NCBI RefSeq assembly: GCF_004010195.1
Contig: NC_057719.1
Coordinates: 75,656,064 to 75,720,063 of the forward strand
Reading direction: 5' to 3'
Source of the DNA: Chiloscyllium plagiosum
Lineage: Eukaryota
Length of the DNA stretch: 64,000 nucleotides
Shown: positions 25,081 through 37,518 of the stretch, in pieces
Layout: every line of letters begins with the position of its first letter
Numbering within the stretch: position 1 is the stretch's first letter
The notes under the pieces: model-generated
What the model was told of the DNA's origin: nothing
Database searches by the model: none
The model's input: only the letters and a program-made list of their open reading frames with translations
Program-made: the position numbers and the translations under genes

Positions 25081-27754
25081 TGAATGAAGCCTCGGTGCAT
25101 TGGAAGGACAGTTGTTCTGAACATTTAATTCCTCCATTGTTAAATTTATTCCTACGAACTGTAACGCTGGACCTTTTATTTCTTTATTTTTCTAATTTTT
25201 TTTCACCTGATTAACGCTTTTGCCCACAAGCTTCAGCGTTGCCTCTCTGATCACAGAATGTGTTCTGGATGCATGTTCAAAGTAAATGATTTATTCATTT
25301 ACTTTAATGCTGTGAAAGATAGAATATTTTTCCAGGCTTGTCTCCAAGGTCAATCATAGTACAAGCCAATTGTGATATAAAATGCTGTCTGATCTAACTA
25401 ACTAATTGCCCTCGCTCCAACCTTAGCAGTGAATTTGCTTTCACAGTGGCAAGCTTTGTGCCAATCCCCCTAACCAGCAAGCAGAATGTTCAATGTCATG
25501 GCTGTTAAAGCCAAATTATGTACACTTTTGTCCTTTTTCTCTGTCTATTGGCAAATGTGATTAGGCTAAAAGCATATTCGTTTCTGTGAAGATCATTAAT
25601 GGACAACCATTGCCCTTTATGCAGGGAAAAATGTCGATGAATACGATCAGCAGGAATATCGCACGTTTACAACAATGACACTTTTGCGATGTTATGTTTC
25701 TTTCTGTCACAATTTTTGCACTGTTACCATAAAGAAATGCAAAATGTTTCTTTTCCTCTGCTTTTCTGTCTTTTCTTTGTTCAGTCTTTCCTTCATCTGT
25801 CTTTCTCTCACTCATGACTTACCTTTACATTCTAGAAAATTACTTCCCACATTTCACCCAGAATGTTGGCAGCTGAGTGGAATAGTTAGTATGAAACACT
25901 CAGACTAAGTTGTTCAGTTCAGCTTTGACATTAATATGTATCAGGTTTCATTTCCTGGAACATTGAAGGCAGTAATGTCAACAATGAGATTCCCAATATG
26001 CATTCTCTGTATCCATTTTTAAACCTCTACTTTTCTTCACACTGCTGTCTGCTGAAATCAATTAAAGCTTTTCTTTAATGAGCAACAGCGGAATAAGTTT
26101 AAATTTTAATGGGAAGGATATGTTCTAATAGATGCCAGACTAATAACCTGACATGTGGGTCAACCTGTGCCTAATATGATTATTTTGTCTGAATAATTTA
26201 TTGCAAAAATTCAATTTAAACTTTATTTTGTCAGAACCTAATTTCAAAGAAAAGCAACGCTTATTTCCTAACTTCAGATTGAATGCTCCTTTACGTCAAA
26301 TGTAACAGGAAGTGAATCTCAAGGAGGTCAGAAGTGAACTTGGATCATACCCTTCTGAGGTCCCCACACTCCTCCATCTTAGTCCGTCACTCCTCAGTTG
26401 GTGCCTGTACCTCCATATCCCTGGACGTGGGAACTTCCCCCTCAGCAGGCCTGACCGCTAACCCTCTCTCCTCCTTTACGGCACTTCTTCAAACCAAGCT
26501 CTTTGGCAAAATTTCTGATGTCTTTGGACAGAATGTAATGACCAGCGTATCTGTCTGCTGCTGAACCCCCACCCACTTCCATTGTGGGCCCAGGATGGTA
26601 TGTGGCAAGGCAGGGCCTTTGGGGTAGTAGGTGGTGGAGGAAGGGTTGGGGGGGGAGTGATTAAAATGGTTAAGTCAGGCTCCAGGTGCTACCTCCCTAC
26701 CTTCCTTAGGTTAAGTCCAAGGTCACAGGAGGCCTTCATACCCAGAAGCCAATTGAAGCACTTGCTTGGGTAAATAGTGGCCATTTCAGTATTTGGATGG
26801 GATTCTACCAACAATGGCATGGGGGTTGGGCTCCCACTGGGTGGGCAAACTTCTGGGTATATCTGCCTCGTCTTGGCCCAGAGTGGTGGGGGCGGGGGCG
26901 TGGTGTCTGTCTCATATGACCCTTGAAGGGTTCAGCTGGTGGCATGGACTGTTTCCTGCTTGGTAAGGTGCCCCAGTGCTCTTTAAACCTCCATATCTTG
27001 CCAACCAATCAACACTCCTTTCTTCTGCAGTATAAATCATTGTGATCGTTCAAAATTTGGCATTCTCGCGTTTGTCCTGATGAGTAAAAATGTAAAAGCT
27101 TTGCAGTTGTATTTCTCTTTTCATTGATATTCAAGACTTGCTATATTTATGATTTTTCTCGGATTTCCTGGCAGAAAAATATCTTAAACCAGTGTACGCA
27201 CATTGATACCCAGAAGAAATCTGACCTGGAGATTATTTAAAGTAATTCTTTGAAATGAAATTCCAGGGATTGTATCCCCATCATTCACTAATTAGTCGCT
27301 GATCACTGACCAATATTAATTTCCTATTAAACTGAGGTGCAAAGGCGAGGAAGTAATAAAGGCATCCCAGTAATCTTCTCCAGTTTGCAGGCGATGACGT
27401 CAATGAGCTGGCCTGTTGGTTTTATTAGATGTGCAGATGGGATAGGAGGTGAAGGATTTATAGATCGACATTGCCTGCATGAAGGGACAGAAATTGCTGC
27501 TCTGACCTAGCTCAATGATCACTTCTTCCAGCACTGGTCATTTTAGGGGACAAAGAAATATCTTTAACGTATTGGTAAGCTTGTGATTTATAGCCTGGCA
27601 ATTTGGAAACAAATTGATTTCTGGAAAATATGTTTTAATTTCGAGCTTGCCTTTAACAGTCTGTGCTCCTGGAAGTATCCTTATAGGGTGAGATTGGTCT
27701 GGCACTTGGTCTATTAAGGCAGCACAACAGTTGCCATAGCGATATTAAATAATG

Positions 27755-27875
27755 TGGAGGTGCCGATGTTGGACTGGGGTGGACAAGGTCAGAAGTCACA
27801 CAACACCAGGTCAAAGTCCAACAGGTTTATTTGAAATCACAAGCTTTTGGAGCGCAGCCCCTTCACCAGGTGAAG
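27755..27875 (-). mobile_element. PLE-derived short element, single arm, decayed HHR
   Basis: Homologous to 23451-23628; minus strand reads cacctggtgaaggggctgcgctccaaaagcttgtg. Confidence 0.75.
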
Positions 27876-28681
27876 TCACAAAAAAGTAAAATCATGTGGC
27901 AAAATGTCTTCTTTCCATTAACTGTGTGTGTTCTCTCACCCTCTGAGAGAATGATCATGCCTATCAGCTGGTTTGATGGATTCCATAGCAATTTCAATAA
28001 GTCGTCCTGGATCTTGTGACAGTTATGAAGTTCCAGCACATAAAAGTGATTTAATTAAAAGATCCCCATGCCTTACCATGGCTGTCTGTCATGGTGTTGC
28101 TACTCCTGCAAGGAGTCTGGCTGCAGTAGCAATGACAATACTGACTGATGGAGGGCATTGGTATGAAGCACTGCATTACAAAGGAGTGCAGAATCATAGA
28201 CATTTACTGCACAGCAAGAGGCCATTCAGCTCTCCCAGCCCCTGCTGCACTCTGGCGTCTAGTCCAGTATGTCCCTTATTCTTCAGTAGTGTTCTACTCC
28301 CTCTAAAAATAATATTGGTGTCAGCTTTTCAGTTAACATACATCAATTGGGGGAACCAAGTGTGAAAAAAAATTCACAAAATGAACCAGCGATATTCTGT
28401 CCACATGGACAGTATGAAAAGGAAAGGAGTACTTTATTTGAAGAAAGAAATCCCCCCCCCCCATAGCTTAAGGTACTACCCACTATGGTACCAAGCCATA
28501 TAGACCCAGGTTCCATTCTAACTTTGAGCATTTATTTGAACAGTGATAGAGGCAGTACATGGCTAAAGAAACTGTAGGCAGAAAACAGTTAACCATGGTT
28601 TCCATTATTGATCATTATCCAAAGTTCCCTTCTAAAAAGATCCATGGACTTGAACTCCCATGAACATTCTGTTCCAACTGG

Positions 28682-29072
28682 AGTCATAGAGATGTATAGC
28701 ACGGAAACAAACCCTTCGGTCCAACTTGCCCATATCCTAAACTAACCTAGTCCCATTTGCCAGCACCTGGCCCATATCCCTGTAAACCCTTCCTATTCAA
28801 ATCCCCATCCAGCTGTCTTTTACAGGTTACCATTACCAGCCTTTACCACTTCCTCTGGCAGCTCATTCCGTACACGCATCATCCTCAGTGTGAACATGTT
28901 GCCCCTTAGGTCCCTTCTAAATCTTTCCCCTCTCACCTTAAACATATGCCCTCTAGTTTTGTACTCCCCTACACTGGGAAAAAAGATCTTGGCCATTCAC
29001 ATTATCCATGCCCCTCATGATTTTATAAACGTCTACAAGGTCACCCCTCAGCCTCTTTTACTGCAGGGAAAA
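28682..29072 (-). mobile_element. HER1/CR1 3' end
   Basis: HER1 3' UTR and end of ORF2. Confidence 0.88.
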
Positions 29073-30499
29073 TAATTCACAAAATGAACCAAGGATGTTC
29101 TGTCCACATAGACAGTCTAAAAGGAAAAGAGAACTTTCTTGGGAAAAAGAAATTCCCTCCATAGCTTAAGGCACTACTCACTATGGTATCAAGCCATGTA
29201 GTTCCAGATTCCATTCTAACTTTGATCGCCTCCCAGTAGCTCTATATGTGAGGAATGCATTGATAATCAAGTTCTACTACTCTGTGAGTCAGACCATGAA
29301 TATACATGTTTCAATTCAGTGACTATAATGCCCAGTTGTTTCACTCTGGTCCTGCTATACAGAATAAACAAGATTTTCCACAGGCTTATTCAATAAAGTT
29401 AAAGTAGTCCGTTTATTATAACACAAACCTATTCTTAAGACAAGTGGCGAGGCTGGTTACTAACTAAGCTGTAGTGCTGAACTAGAATTGCATCACATTT
29501 TGGTCCCATACAGACACACACAAAGCAACAATGACACTGTTGAGATGGTACTCATAACAAATCATGAGAGATGTCATTCTTCTTGACTTAAAGTGTGTAC
29601 AACAAAGTATGAGAGGCTGAATCCTCACAGTCTGCCGAGCATCTTGTTGACAAAATCAAATCAATGGCAGCTGTCTCCCAATGGATTATTCCAATCAAGC
29701 TGTAGTTCAGATGGAAATCACAAATGTTCAAATTGTTTGGAAAGTTGTCACAGTTCAGCTTCTGTTCAAATCTTAATTATACAATGGTATTTAGTGATAT
29801 AGTTACGTTTAGGAAGAGGAGGAAGGCATTCAGTCCTTTGGGCCTATTCCATTATTGAGGTATGTTATTGGTGACCTGTATCTGAATTCCATCTCATTCA
29901 AGAGGTACGAAATAACCTTCCATAACAAGAACTCATCAATCTTAGTTTTGAATTGAGACAGCCTCAAGAACAGTTTTGAATGAAGAAGTAATTCCAGGTG
30001 TCACTCCTGAATGGCCTGGCTCTGCTTTTAAGAAAAATGTTCCCTTGGATCGAGATATACCCAGCAGGGGAAGTAGTTTTTCTCTTTGACTATCCTACCA
30101 AATGCTTCAATCATCTTATGCTCCCCATTTAGGTTTTGCCCCATTTCTTAAAATCTTTAGGAAGCTGGCTAAGAGGTTTGTCAAGTACTTCAACAAGGAC
30201 TCGTTCTGTAGCCTTGTTGTTGGAAATCAAAGAGCATGGGTAGTTACCGCATTTGTTGGTGTGTTTGACGTGTGCAGACTCTCTCCTTATATCTTATGTT
30301 GGGAGGACAGCAGCATCTAACTCTCCCGTCATGATTGTTGCTATGGCGACGCCAACAGTTTAAAGGGTTAGTGGATTGTTTGTGTTTCTTCTTCAGGTAA
30401 ACATATATAAAATCACAATTTCATCGATTCAGAGAAGTTAGAACAGGGATATGTTTAGAAAAGGGAAGATGACCAGTCGATTGCACTACATGGAATTTT

Positions 30500-32300
30500 T
30501 TCTTTAAGAGAATCCCAAGACATTCAATAGATACATTTAAAAACAAGATGATAACTAGGGAGAAGGTAGGGCCATTCAAGGATAAAGATGGGAACTTGTG
30601 CTTGGAGACAGAAGATGTGGGTGAGATCCTAAATGAGTACTTTGTATCAGTATTCACCTAGGTAAAGGATGAGGAGGATAGTGAGATTAGTGTGGAGCAT
30701 GCTAATATGCTAGGGTATTTTCAAATCAGGAAAAAGTGGTGTTGAGTCTCTTAAAGAGCATTAACATGGATAAGTACCCAGGGCCCAATGATCTACCCCA
30801 GGTCATTGAGAGAGGCAAGAGAGGTGCTGGGGCCTGAACAAAGGTCTTTGTATCATCGCTAGCCAATGGAGAGGTCTTGGACAACTGGCAAGTAGCTAAA
30901 GTTGTTCCTCTGTTTAAGAAGAGAGATAGGGAGAATCCAGGAGACTATAGATTGGTGTTTGGGAAGCTATTGGAGAAAATTCTTACAGATAGGATTTACA
31001 TGCACTTGGAAAAGCATGGCCTAATTAGGGACAGTCAGCATGGCTTCATGCAGGGCAGGTCATGTCTCACTAACTTGATGAAATATTTTAAAAGGTGACA
31101 AAGGTTATTGATGAGGGTAGAGCAGTGGATTTTAGTAAGGCTTTTGACAAGTCCCCCATGGTAGTCCAGACGATTAAGATGAATGTGATGCAACTTGACT
31201 TGGCCGTGTAGATTCAGAATTGGCTTGCCCGTAGAGGGCAGAGGGTAGAGGTGGAAAGTTGTTTTTCAGGGTGGAGGTCCGTGACAAGTGGCGCTCCCTA
31301 GGGATCTGTACTGGGACCTCTTCTGTTTGTGATATATATAAATATAAATTACTTGGATGAAAATGTAGATGGGTGGGTTAGTAAGTTTGCAGACCTCGCA
31401 AAGATTGGTGGAGTTGTGGATAGTATAGAAGATTGTCAAAAGATACAGTGGGATATAGATCAGTTGCAGATATGGGCAGAGAAATGGCAGATGGAGTTTA
31501 ATCCAGGTAAGCATGAGGTGATGCACTTTAGGAGATCAAGTGTTAAGGAAAACTATCGAGTTAATTACAGGACTGTGAACAGCATTGATGTACGGAGGGA
31601 CTTTGGGGTTCAGGTCCATAGCTCCCTGGAAGTGGCCATGCAAGTAGAGAGGGTGGCAAAGAAGGTGTACAGCATGCTTGCTTTTATTGGTTGGGGAACT
31701 GAGTACAAGAGTCAGGATGTCATGTTGCAGCTGTATAAAACTTTGTTTAGGCCACACATAAATTATTGCATTCAATTCTGGTCGCCACATTACAGGAAGG
31801 ATGTGGAGGTTTTGGAGAGAATGCAGAAGAGGTTTATCTGGATACTGCCTGGATTGCAGGGCATGAACTGTAAGGAGAGGCTAGAAAAAAATCAGGTTGT
31901 TTTCTCTGGAGTGGCAGAGGCTGAGGGGAGATTTGATAGAAGTTTATGAAGTTATGAGATGTATAGATATGGTTGACAGGATCTTTTTTCCAGAGTTGAA
32001 ATGTCTAAAGCCAGAGGGCGTGCATTTAAGGTGAGAGGGGGAAAGTTCAAAGGAGATGTGAGGGACAAGCGTTTTACACAGAGAGTGGTAGGAATGTGGA
32101 ACGCGCTGCTAGAGATGGTGGTGAAGGCAGATATGGTAGGGACATTTGACAAATTTTTAGGTAAGTACATGAATAAGTAAGGAATTGAGTGATATGGACC
32201 AAGGGCAGGCAGAAGGGATTAGATTAATTTGGTGTCATGTTCGGACATCATGGTCTGAAGGGCCTGTTCCTGTGCTGTATGTCCCAAGTCTGTGTTCTAT
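30500..32300 (+). mobile_element. CR1/HER1 LINE ORF2 (RT) remnant
   Basis: VVPLFKK, QHGFMQGRSCLTNL, DFSKAFDK, GSVLGPLLFVIYIN, SKFADLAKIGG, KWQMEFNP, YCIQFWSPHY, with frameshifts. Confidence 0.95.
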
Positions 32301-33164
32301 GTGCACTCTATGGATTGGAGCCAGCTAGGTTTCTGATTAGAATCTGATGAATTACTTTATGGAAGCAAGACCACAGGTTCCAAAATATTCTACATATTTA
32401 AAAACCCTTTCTCTTTTGTTTCCCTTAAGATTTTAAATCGACTGTTCTCCATGTAGCCTTGTCGGTTCGAATTGGTTTCAAAGCTAGATGACTCATCTCA
32501 TCCCCTACCACCACATGCCTCTCGGAACTTTGATCCTTTACCCAAGCCCCTTCTCTGTTCACCTCGTCATGACTTTATCTGTCCCCTTAGCTAGAGAATG
32601 TTGGAGGGAGTAACAATGATTAAAGAGGGACCGTTTATGTTCTTGTTATTGAAGAAGACTGCTGTAAATCTTGTTGGCACCCTGTGGGTTGCAATCTCCA
32701 ACCATCTGTGTAGCCACAGCCACAACACCAACAGCAGATGTTTGTGATGACTCCACATTGCATCTCAGTAGCACACAGAATTTGTTCTTGGCATTGGTCC
32801 TTTGGTTAAGTTAGAAAGCAGTGACAGATCCTTTGATCTACCCAACAGGCCTAGTGCAATTGTGTGCTACCTTGTGAATCATGATTCTCCTTACCCACAA
32901 TCTGTGTGATCCTTTGCGCAAGGCACAACCGGGGAAAGGAAAATTCCGGGTACCCCTCTCCTCTCCTGCACTTCAGGGCAATCAAAAGTAGTCCATGCGA
33001 TTCCCTTAGGCTCTGTAACCCACATACAACTGACCTTTTGTAAAAAGTGTATTCTGTCCTAAACTGTAACATATATCCAGCTCTTGATGCCACATAGTCA
33101 GCCCCCAGCACACAAACTGACAGAGGTCCACCATCCTCTGCATGGGAAAACAACCATTTCCTGA

Positions 33165-33420
33165 TATCATAGAATCCCTACAGTGTGGATGCAGACCATT
33201 CAGCCCATCAAGTCCATACTGACCCTCTGAAGAGCATCCCACTCAGACCTACCTTATCCCTGTATTTCCCATGGTTAACTCAGCTAGCCTGCTCATCTTT
33301 GGGCTGTGGGAGGAAACTGGAGCACTTGCAGGAAACTCACGCAGTCACAAGGAGAACTGGCAAATTCCACACACAGTCGCCCGGGTCCCTGGCGCTGTGA
33401 GGCCGCAGTGCTAACCACTT
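33165..33420 (-). mobile_element. HE1 V-SINE (internally deleted)
   Basis: Tail, V-domain and partial head. Confidence 0.85.
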
Positions 33421-33569
33421 TACTGCCCCAACATAATTGGCAGCAGGGGGCATTGCACTTACAGATCTGGCCTTATACCAAGTGAACTTGGTATCACCTG
33501 TAAACTATTTAATTGAAGTCAAGGTCATCTTGAACACAAGCTATTACCTTCATCTTCTTATGCACCTTG

Positions 33570-33849
33570 ATCAGACCACCTGTCCATCTTCCTTCCCATG
33601 TACCCGCTCCTCCGTCCTCTCCAACCTATCACCGTTACCCCCACATTCATCTACTTATCGCACTCTCAGCTGCCTTCCCCCCCCCCCATTTATCTCTCAG
33701 GCCCCTCGGCTCACAAGCCACATTCCTGATGAAGAGCGCTTGCCAGAAACGTCGATTTTCCTGCTCCATGATGCCACCTGACCAGCTGTGCTTTTCCAGC
33801 ACCATACTTTCGACTGTAATCTCCAGGATCTGCAGTTCTCATTTTCTCC
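33570..33849 (+). mobile_element. Penelope-like element 3' end with HHR-containing terminal repeat
   Basis: Pyrimidine-rich leader, then attcCTGATGAagagcgcttgccaGAAAcgTCga, then the same arm and tail as the hairpin elements at 37303 and 63048. Confidence 0.75.
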
Positions 33850-34436
33850 ACCTTTAAATCTACCCATCTCTAAAGTGGATAGCCCCTAATCCTCATCTGT
33901 CTTGCTAACTAAGAAGCTTCGTGCTTGAAATGAATCTAGTGATTCTTCTTTGCAGCTCTTCCAAAGCCTTAAGATCACTCAGCATTTCAAGAGACCAATG
34001 CCACGTGAAGTCTATAAGGTCTTCTACAAGGTCAAACTACCTTGTCAGATAAACCATCATCTCCAACAAACTATCAACCCTTGCTCTTCATCCTGACATT
34101 GTTCCTAATTCTTTAGAGAGAGCTGCTGCTGTCTCACAGAACACCTTAATATCTTCTCTGTCCACCTGCTTTAATGTTTCTTCCTGAAGGGTGTATACAT
34201 GTTCAGTGTTTGCTCTGCCCACATTCATAACACTACACTTCGCCAAATTAAGCATTCATGTGTCCAATTGTCAGGAATGTCAGAATCTGCCTCTGCCTTG
34301 AATGAAAAGAACCTTTGTGCAGGGCTACATGAAATGTAGATCAAGGAAAAAATGTCATGCCTGTTTCAGGATTTCCCCAGCTTTCAGTAATACTTCGAAC
34401 TTTCAGATACCAGGAGCGCTGGCGGTTAGCAAAATG

Positions 34437-34602
34437 AAGGAGCAAATTACTGCAGGCTCTGGAATCTGTACCGAGAAGACTAAATGCGAGAGATCACAGT
34501 GGGTCAGGCAGCATCCATGGAGAGAGAGCAAGTTAACGTTTCAGGTCAGCTCTGATGAAGAGTCACTGAGATGTGAAACATTAGCTTGCTTTCTCTCCAT
34601 GA
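34437..34602 (-). mobile_element. PLE-derived fold-back element with 11-bp TSD
   Basis: TSD ttagcaaaatg at 34426-34436 and 34603-34613; internal inverted repeat; CTGATGA...GAAA core on the plus strand at 34552-34578. Confidence 0.75.
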
Positions 34603-35404
34603 TTAGCAAAATGGCCTCTGATATCTTCCAGTAATACTTCTCTGGGTGCTAACTCGATATGGCTTATCAGAGAAAAAAAAAATTTGTGTGACGGTGGCTT
34701 TCCTACTGATAAATGTTTCTTTTTGGGGTTAAGTCATGTGCTTGCATTTGTGTGCACAGGGGCAGATAACAACACGGATGAGCCCCTCATTAGTTGTACA
34801 GTTCTTTTTGTTCTTTTCAGTTTGCTTCACTGGCTATTTGTCATGCTGTCAGGGCAAAGCCACAGTGTCATTTGTATTCAAGTGCACTTACAGCCTGTAA
34901 CAGGTTAAACCTGGCAGTAAATCTGATGCTTTGACAGTTTGATGAGGTACTCTGAGATTCTATTACAGCCAATTCATCTCCAGGGCCCCTGGATGTATTT
35001 TTCAAACGTATTAAGGAAAGAGGATATCATTTTACCTGTGCTTTTCTTGTACAGTGTCAGCCTTCTTTCTTGCATGCTGTGAGGGAGTTGGTAAGAGCTC
35101 ACTGGTCTTCATCCAACCCATGCTTCGCTCCTCTAGTCACACACTAAAAGCACAGCAGGAAACTGCTGGTTGACAAACAATTGGGCTGAAACTTGTATCC
35201 AGGCACCAATCAAAATTGTTAGATCAAGTTCTCGGAGATACGCACCTCATGTGAATAAGTCGAATTGAAGTACGGTGTGTGTGGTAGTGGTCTGATAGTC
35301 TGAAGGAGTTAATGTTAATGTAACATTGAGCTGCTCTGATCTGATGTGACATATGGTTTGGGTGGATACAGTTCAGTTCTGCACTGAGTAGCTAAAGGGA
35401 GCAG

Positions 35405-36220
35405 ATATGGGTTGGGCTGAGAAATGGCTGATGGAGTTTAACCTGGATAAATGCGAAGTGATGCATTGTGGAAGGTTGAACTCAAATGCTGAATATAGGA
35501 TTAAAAACAGGATTCTTGGCAGTGTGGAGGAACAGAGGGAAGTTGGTGTGTAGGTACAATGATCCCTCAAATTTGCCACCCAAGTGGATAGGGTTGTTAA
35601 GAAAGTATATGGTGTTTTGGCTTTCATTAACAGGGGGATAGAGTTTAAAAGCCGTGAGGTTTTGCTGCAGCTCTACAAGTCCCTGGTGAGAGCACACTTG
35701 GAATATTGTGTCCAGTTCTGGTCGCCCTACTATTGGAAAGGTACAGAGGCTTTGGAGAGGGTGCAAAGAAGGTTTACCAGGATGCTGCCTGGACTGGAGG
35801 GCTTGCCTTATGAAGAGAAGTTGTATAAGCTCAGACTTTTCTCTCTGGAGTAAAGGAGGAAGAGAGGAGACCTGATCGATGTATACAAGATAATGAGAGG
35901 AATGGATAGAGTCAATAGCCAGAGACTTTTCCCCAGGGCAGAATTGACTGGTACGAGAGGTCATAGTTTTAAGATATTAGGAGAAAGGTATAGAGGGGAT
36001 GTCATAGGAAGGTTCCTTATGCAGAGAGTGCGTTGCCAGCAGTGGTGGTGGAAGCAGAGTCATTAGGGACATTTAAGCGACTGCTGGACATGTACATGGA
36101 TAGCAGTGAGTTAAGGGGTGCGTGGGTTAAGTCATTTTATTTTACATTAGGATTAAGCCACGGCACAACATCGTGGGCCAAAGGGCCTGTCCTGTGCTGT
36201 ACTTCTCTGTGTTCTATGTT
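35405..36220 (+). mobile_element. CR1/HER1 3' end
   Basis: WAEKWLMEFNLDKCEVMH, LEYCVQFWSPYY, RFTRMLPGL; tail tgttctatgtt. Confidence 0.93.
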
Positions 36221-36381
36221 TTATATAATCCCTAAAGCTTCTGAGAGTCTTTCATGATTATACCTAGCAAGTTAATGTAAACTACCTATTGCAACATGCC
36301 ATAAACTATCTTGTTACGCAAAACGAGTTCTTCTGTTTAGATTCCACAATGGTCGATTTGCTACCATGGTTAATTAGGCAG

Positions 36382-36508
36382 AAGTGGGTACTGCAGATGC
36401 TGGAGATTAGAGTCAAGATTAGAGTGGTGCTGGAAAAGCACAGCAAGTCAGGCAGCATCCGAGGAGCAGGAAAATTGATGTTTTGGGCAAAAGCCCTTCA
36501 TCAGGAAT
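36382..36508 (-). mobile_element. PLE-derived single-arm short element with 12-bp TSD
   Basis: TSD ttaattag(g/a)cag at 36370-36381 and 36509-36520; minus strand starts attcCTGATGAagggcttttgcccaaaacatc (CpG-decayed HHR). Confidence 0.8.
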
Positions 36509-37302
36509 TTAATTAGACAGGTCCTAGACTCAACGTACAGAAGGATGGATTTGTGGTAGTGAACTAATCAAATCAGAATAACATAGACTGATGTTGGTAA
36601 TGTTAGTATTTGAAAACTGGTGATCAGTGTTGGGGACCAAATTCATTGGAACCGGAAGAAAAAAGAAAAAATCTTTTGAAGAAAAGCTAGCTTATCACTT
36701 TAAGAGTATTTCCACTTTAGGAAGTCACAGCCTGTGCCAGCCAGCAGTTGGAATGTAAAAACCAACAATTTGTAGCATCTGTGGGATGAGCAGGTTTTCC
36801 ACCCCAAGGAGAAATCTTTACCAAGAGCTTAGGAAGAGATGCAATAATGACAGTGTGGATCAGGGAAAGACAAAAAGAGGAACTGTAGGGAGCGAGGAAG
36901 GATCTAAGAGTAAAGTTAGGTTTCTCTGAGAGAAAGAAGGAGAAACCTTATGAAAGCGAAGGTGAGGGAGTAAAACAGAGTTCTCAACTCACCACCATTG
37001 CAAGTAGGCTCCATGACACACAGCTTTGACCGACGGTAGACATGTCAGAAAAGTAATTCGTACTGGGGCAACAGTATCAAGAAAGCCTCAGAGTTTATTT
37101 AAGATAAAAAATTAGTCAGAGGCAAATGTGTCTGGATGGGTTACTCTTTGGAGGGTATGTGTGGACTTGTTGGGCCTGAAGGGCCTGTTTCCACACTGTA
37201 GGTAAAAGAACGTATTTTGGAAGAGTTTAGCAGAAGAAAAGTCAGAAGAGCCTTAACATATAAATGACTGGCATTCCGTACTTCAACTGTGATTTGTCAG
37301 AG

Positions 37303-37518
37303 TTGAAACTTTATTGCTGGAACAGCACAGCAGGTCAGGCAGCATCCAGGGAACAGGAGATTCGACGTTTCGGGCACAGGCCCTTCCTCAGGAATGGAGG
37401 AAGGGCCTGTGCCCGAAACGTCGAATCTCCTGTTCCCTGGATGCTGCCTGACCTGCTGTGCTGTTCCAGCAATAAAGTTTCAACTTTGATCTCCAGCATC
37501 TGCAGACCTCACTTTCTC
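37303..37518 (+). mobile_element. Young PLE-derived hairpin element (89-bp perfect inverted arms, ~33-nt tail, 16-bp TSD)
   Basis: Arms 37301-37389 and 37397-37485; 7-nt loop; TSD ctgtgatttgtcagag at 37287-37302 and 37519-37534. Confidence 0.9.
37360..37395 (-). ncRNA. Minimal type I hammerhead ribozyme
   Basis: AUUC-CUGAGGA-A-GGGC-CUGU-GCCC-GAAA-CG-UC-GAAU: intact core, 4-bp stems I and II, GUC cleavage triplet. Confidence 0.82.

Noticed and set aside
27070..27105. Additional hammerhead (gtcCTGATGAgtaaaaatgtaaaagct)
   Set aside because: Stem II and the GAAA box are not intact; at most a very old relic.
31329..31949. 206-aa ORF as a host gene
   Set aside because: It is a CR1 reverse transcriptase fragment bounded by frameshifts.
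37301..37485. Hairpins as MITE/DNA transposons or pre-miRNA genes
   Set aside because: The ends are asymmetric (one-sided tail), TSDs are long and variable, and copies are dispersed and carry HHR cores. A retro-origin fits better, and the stems are too perfect and repetitive for canonical miRNA genes.
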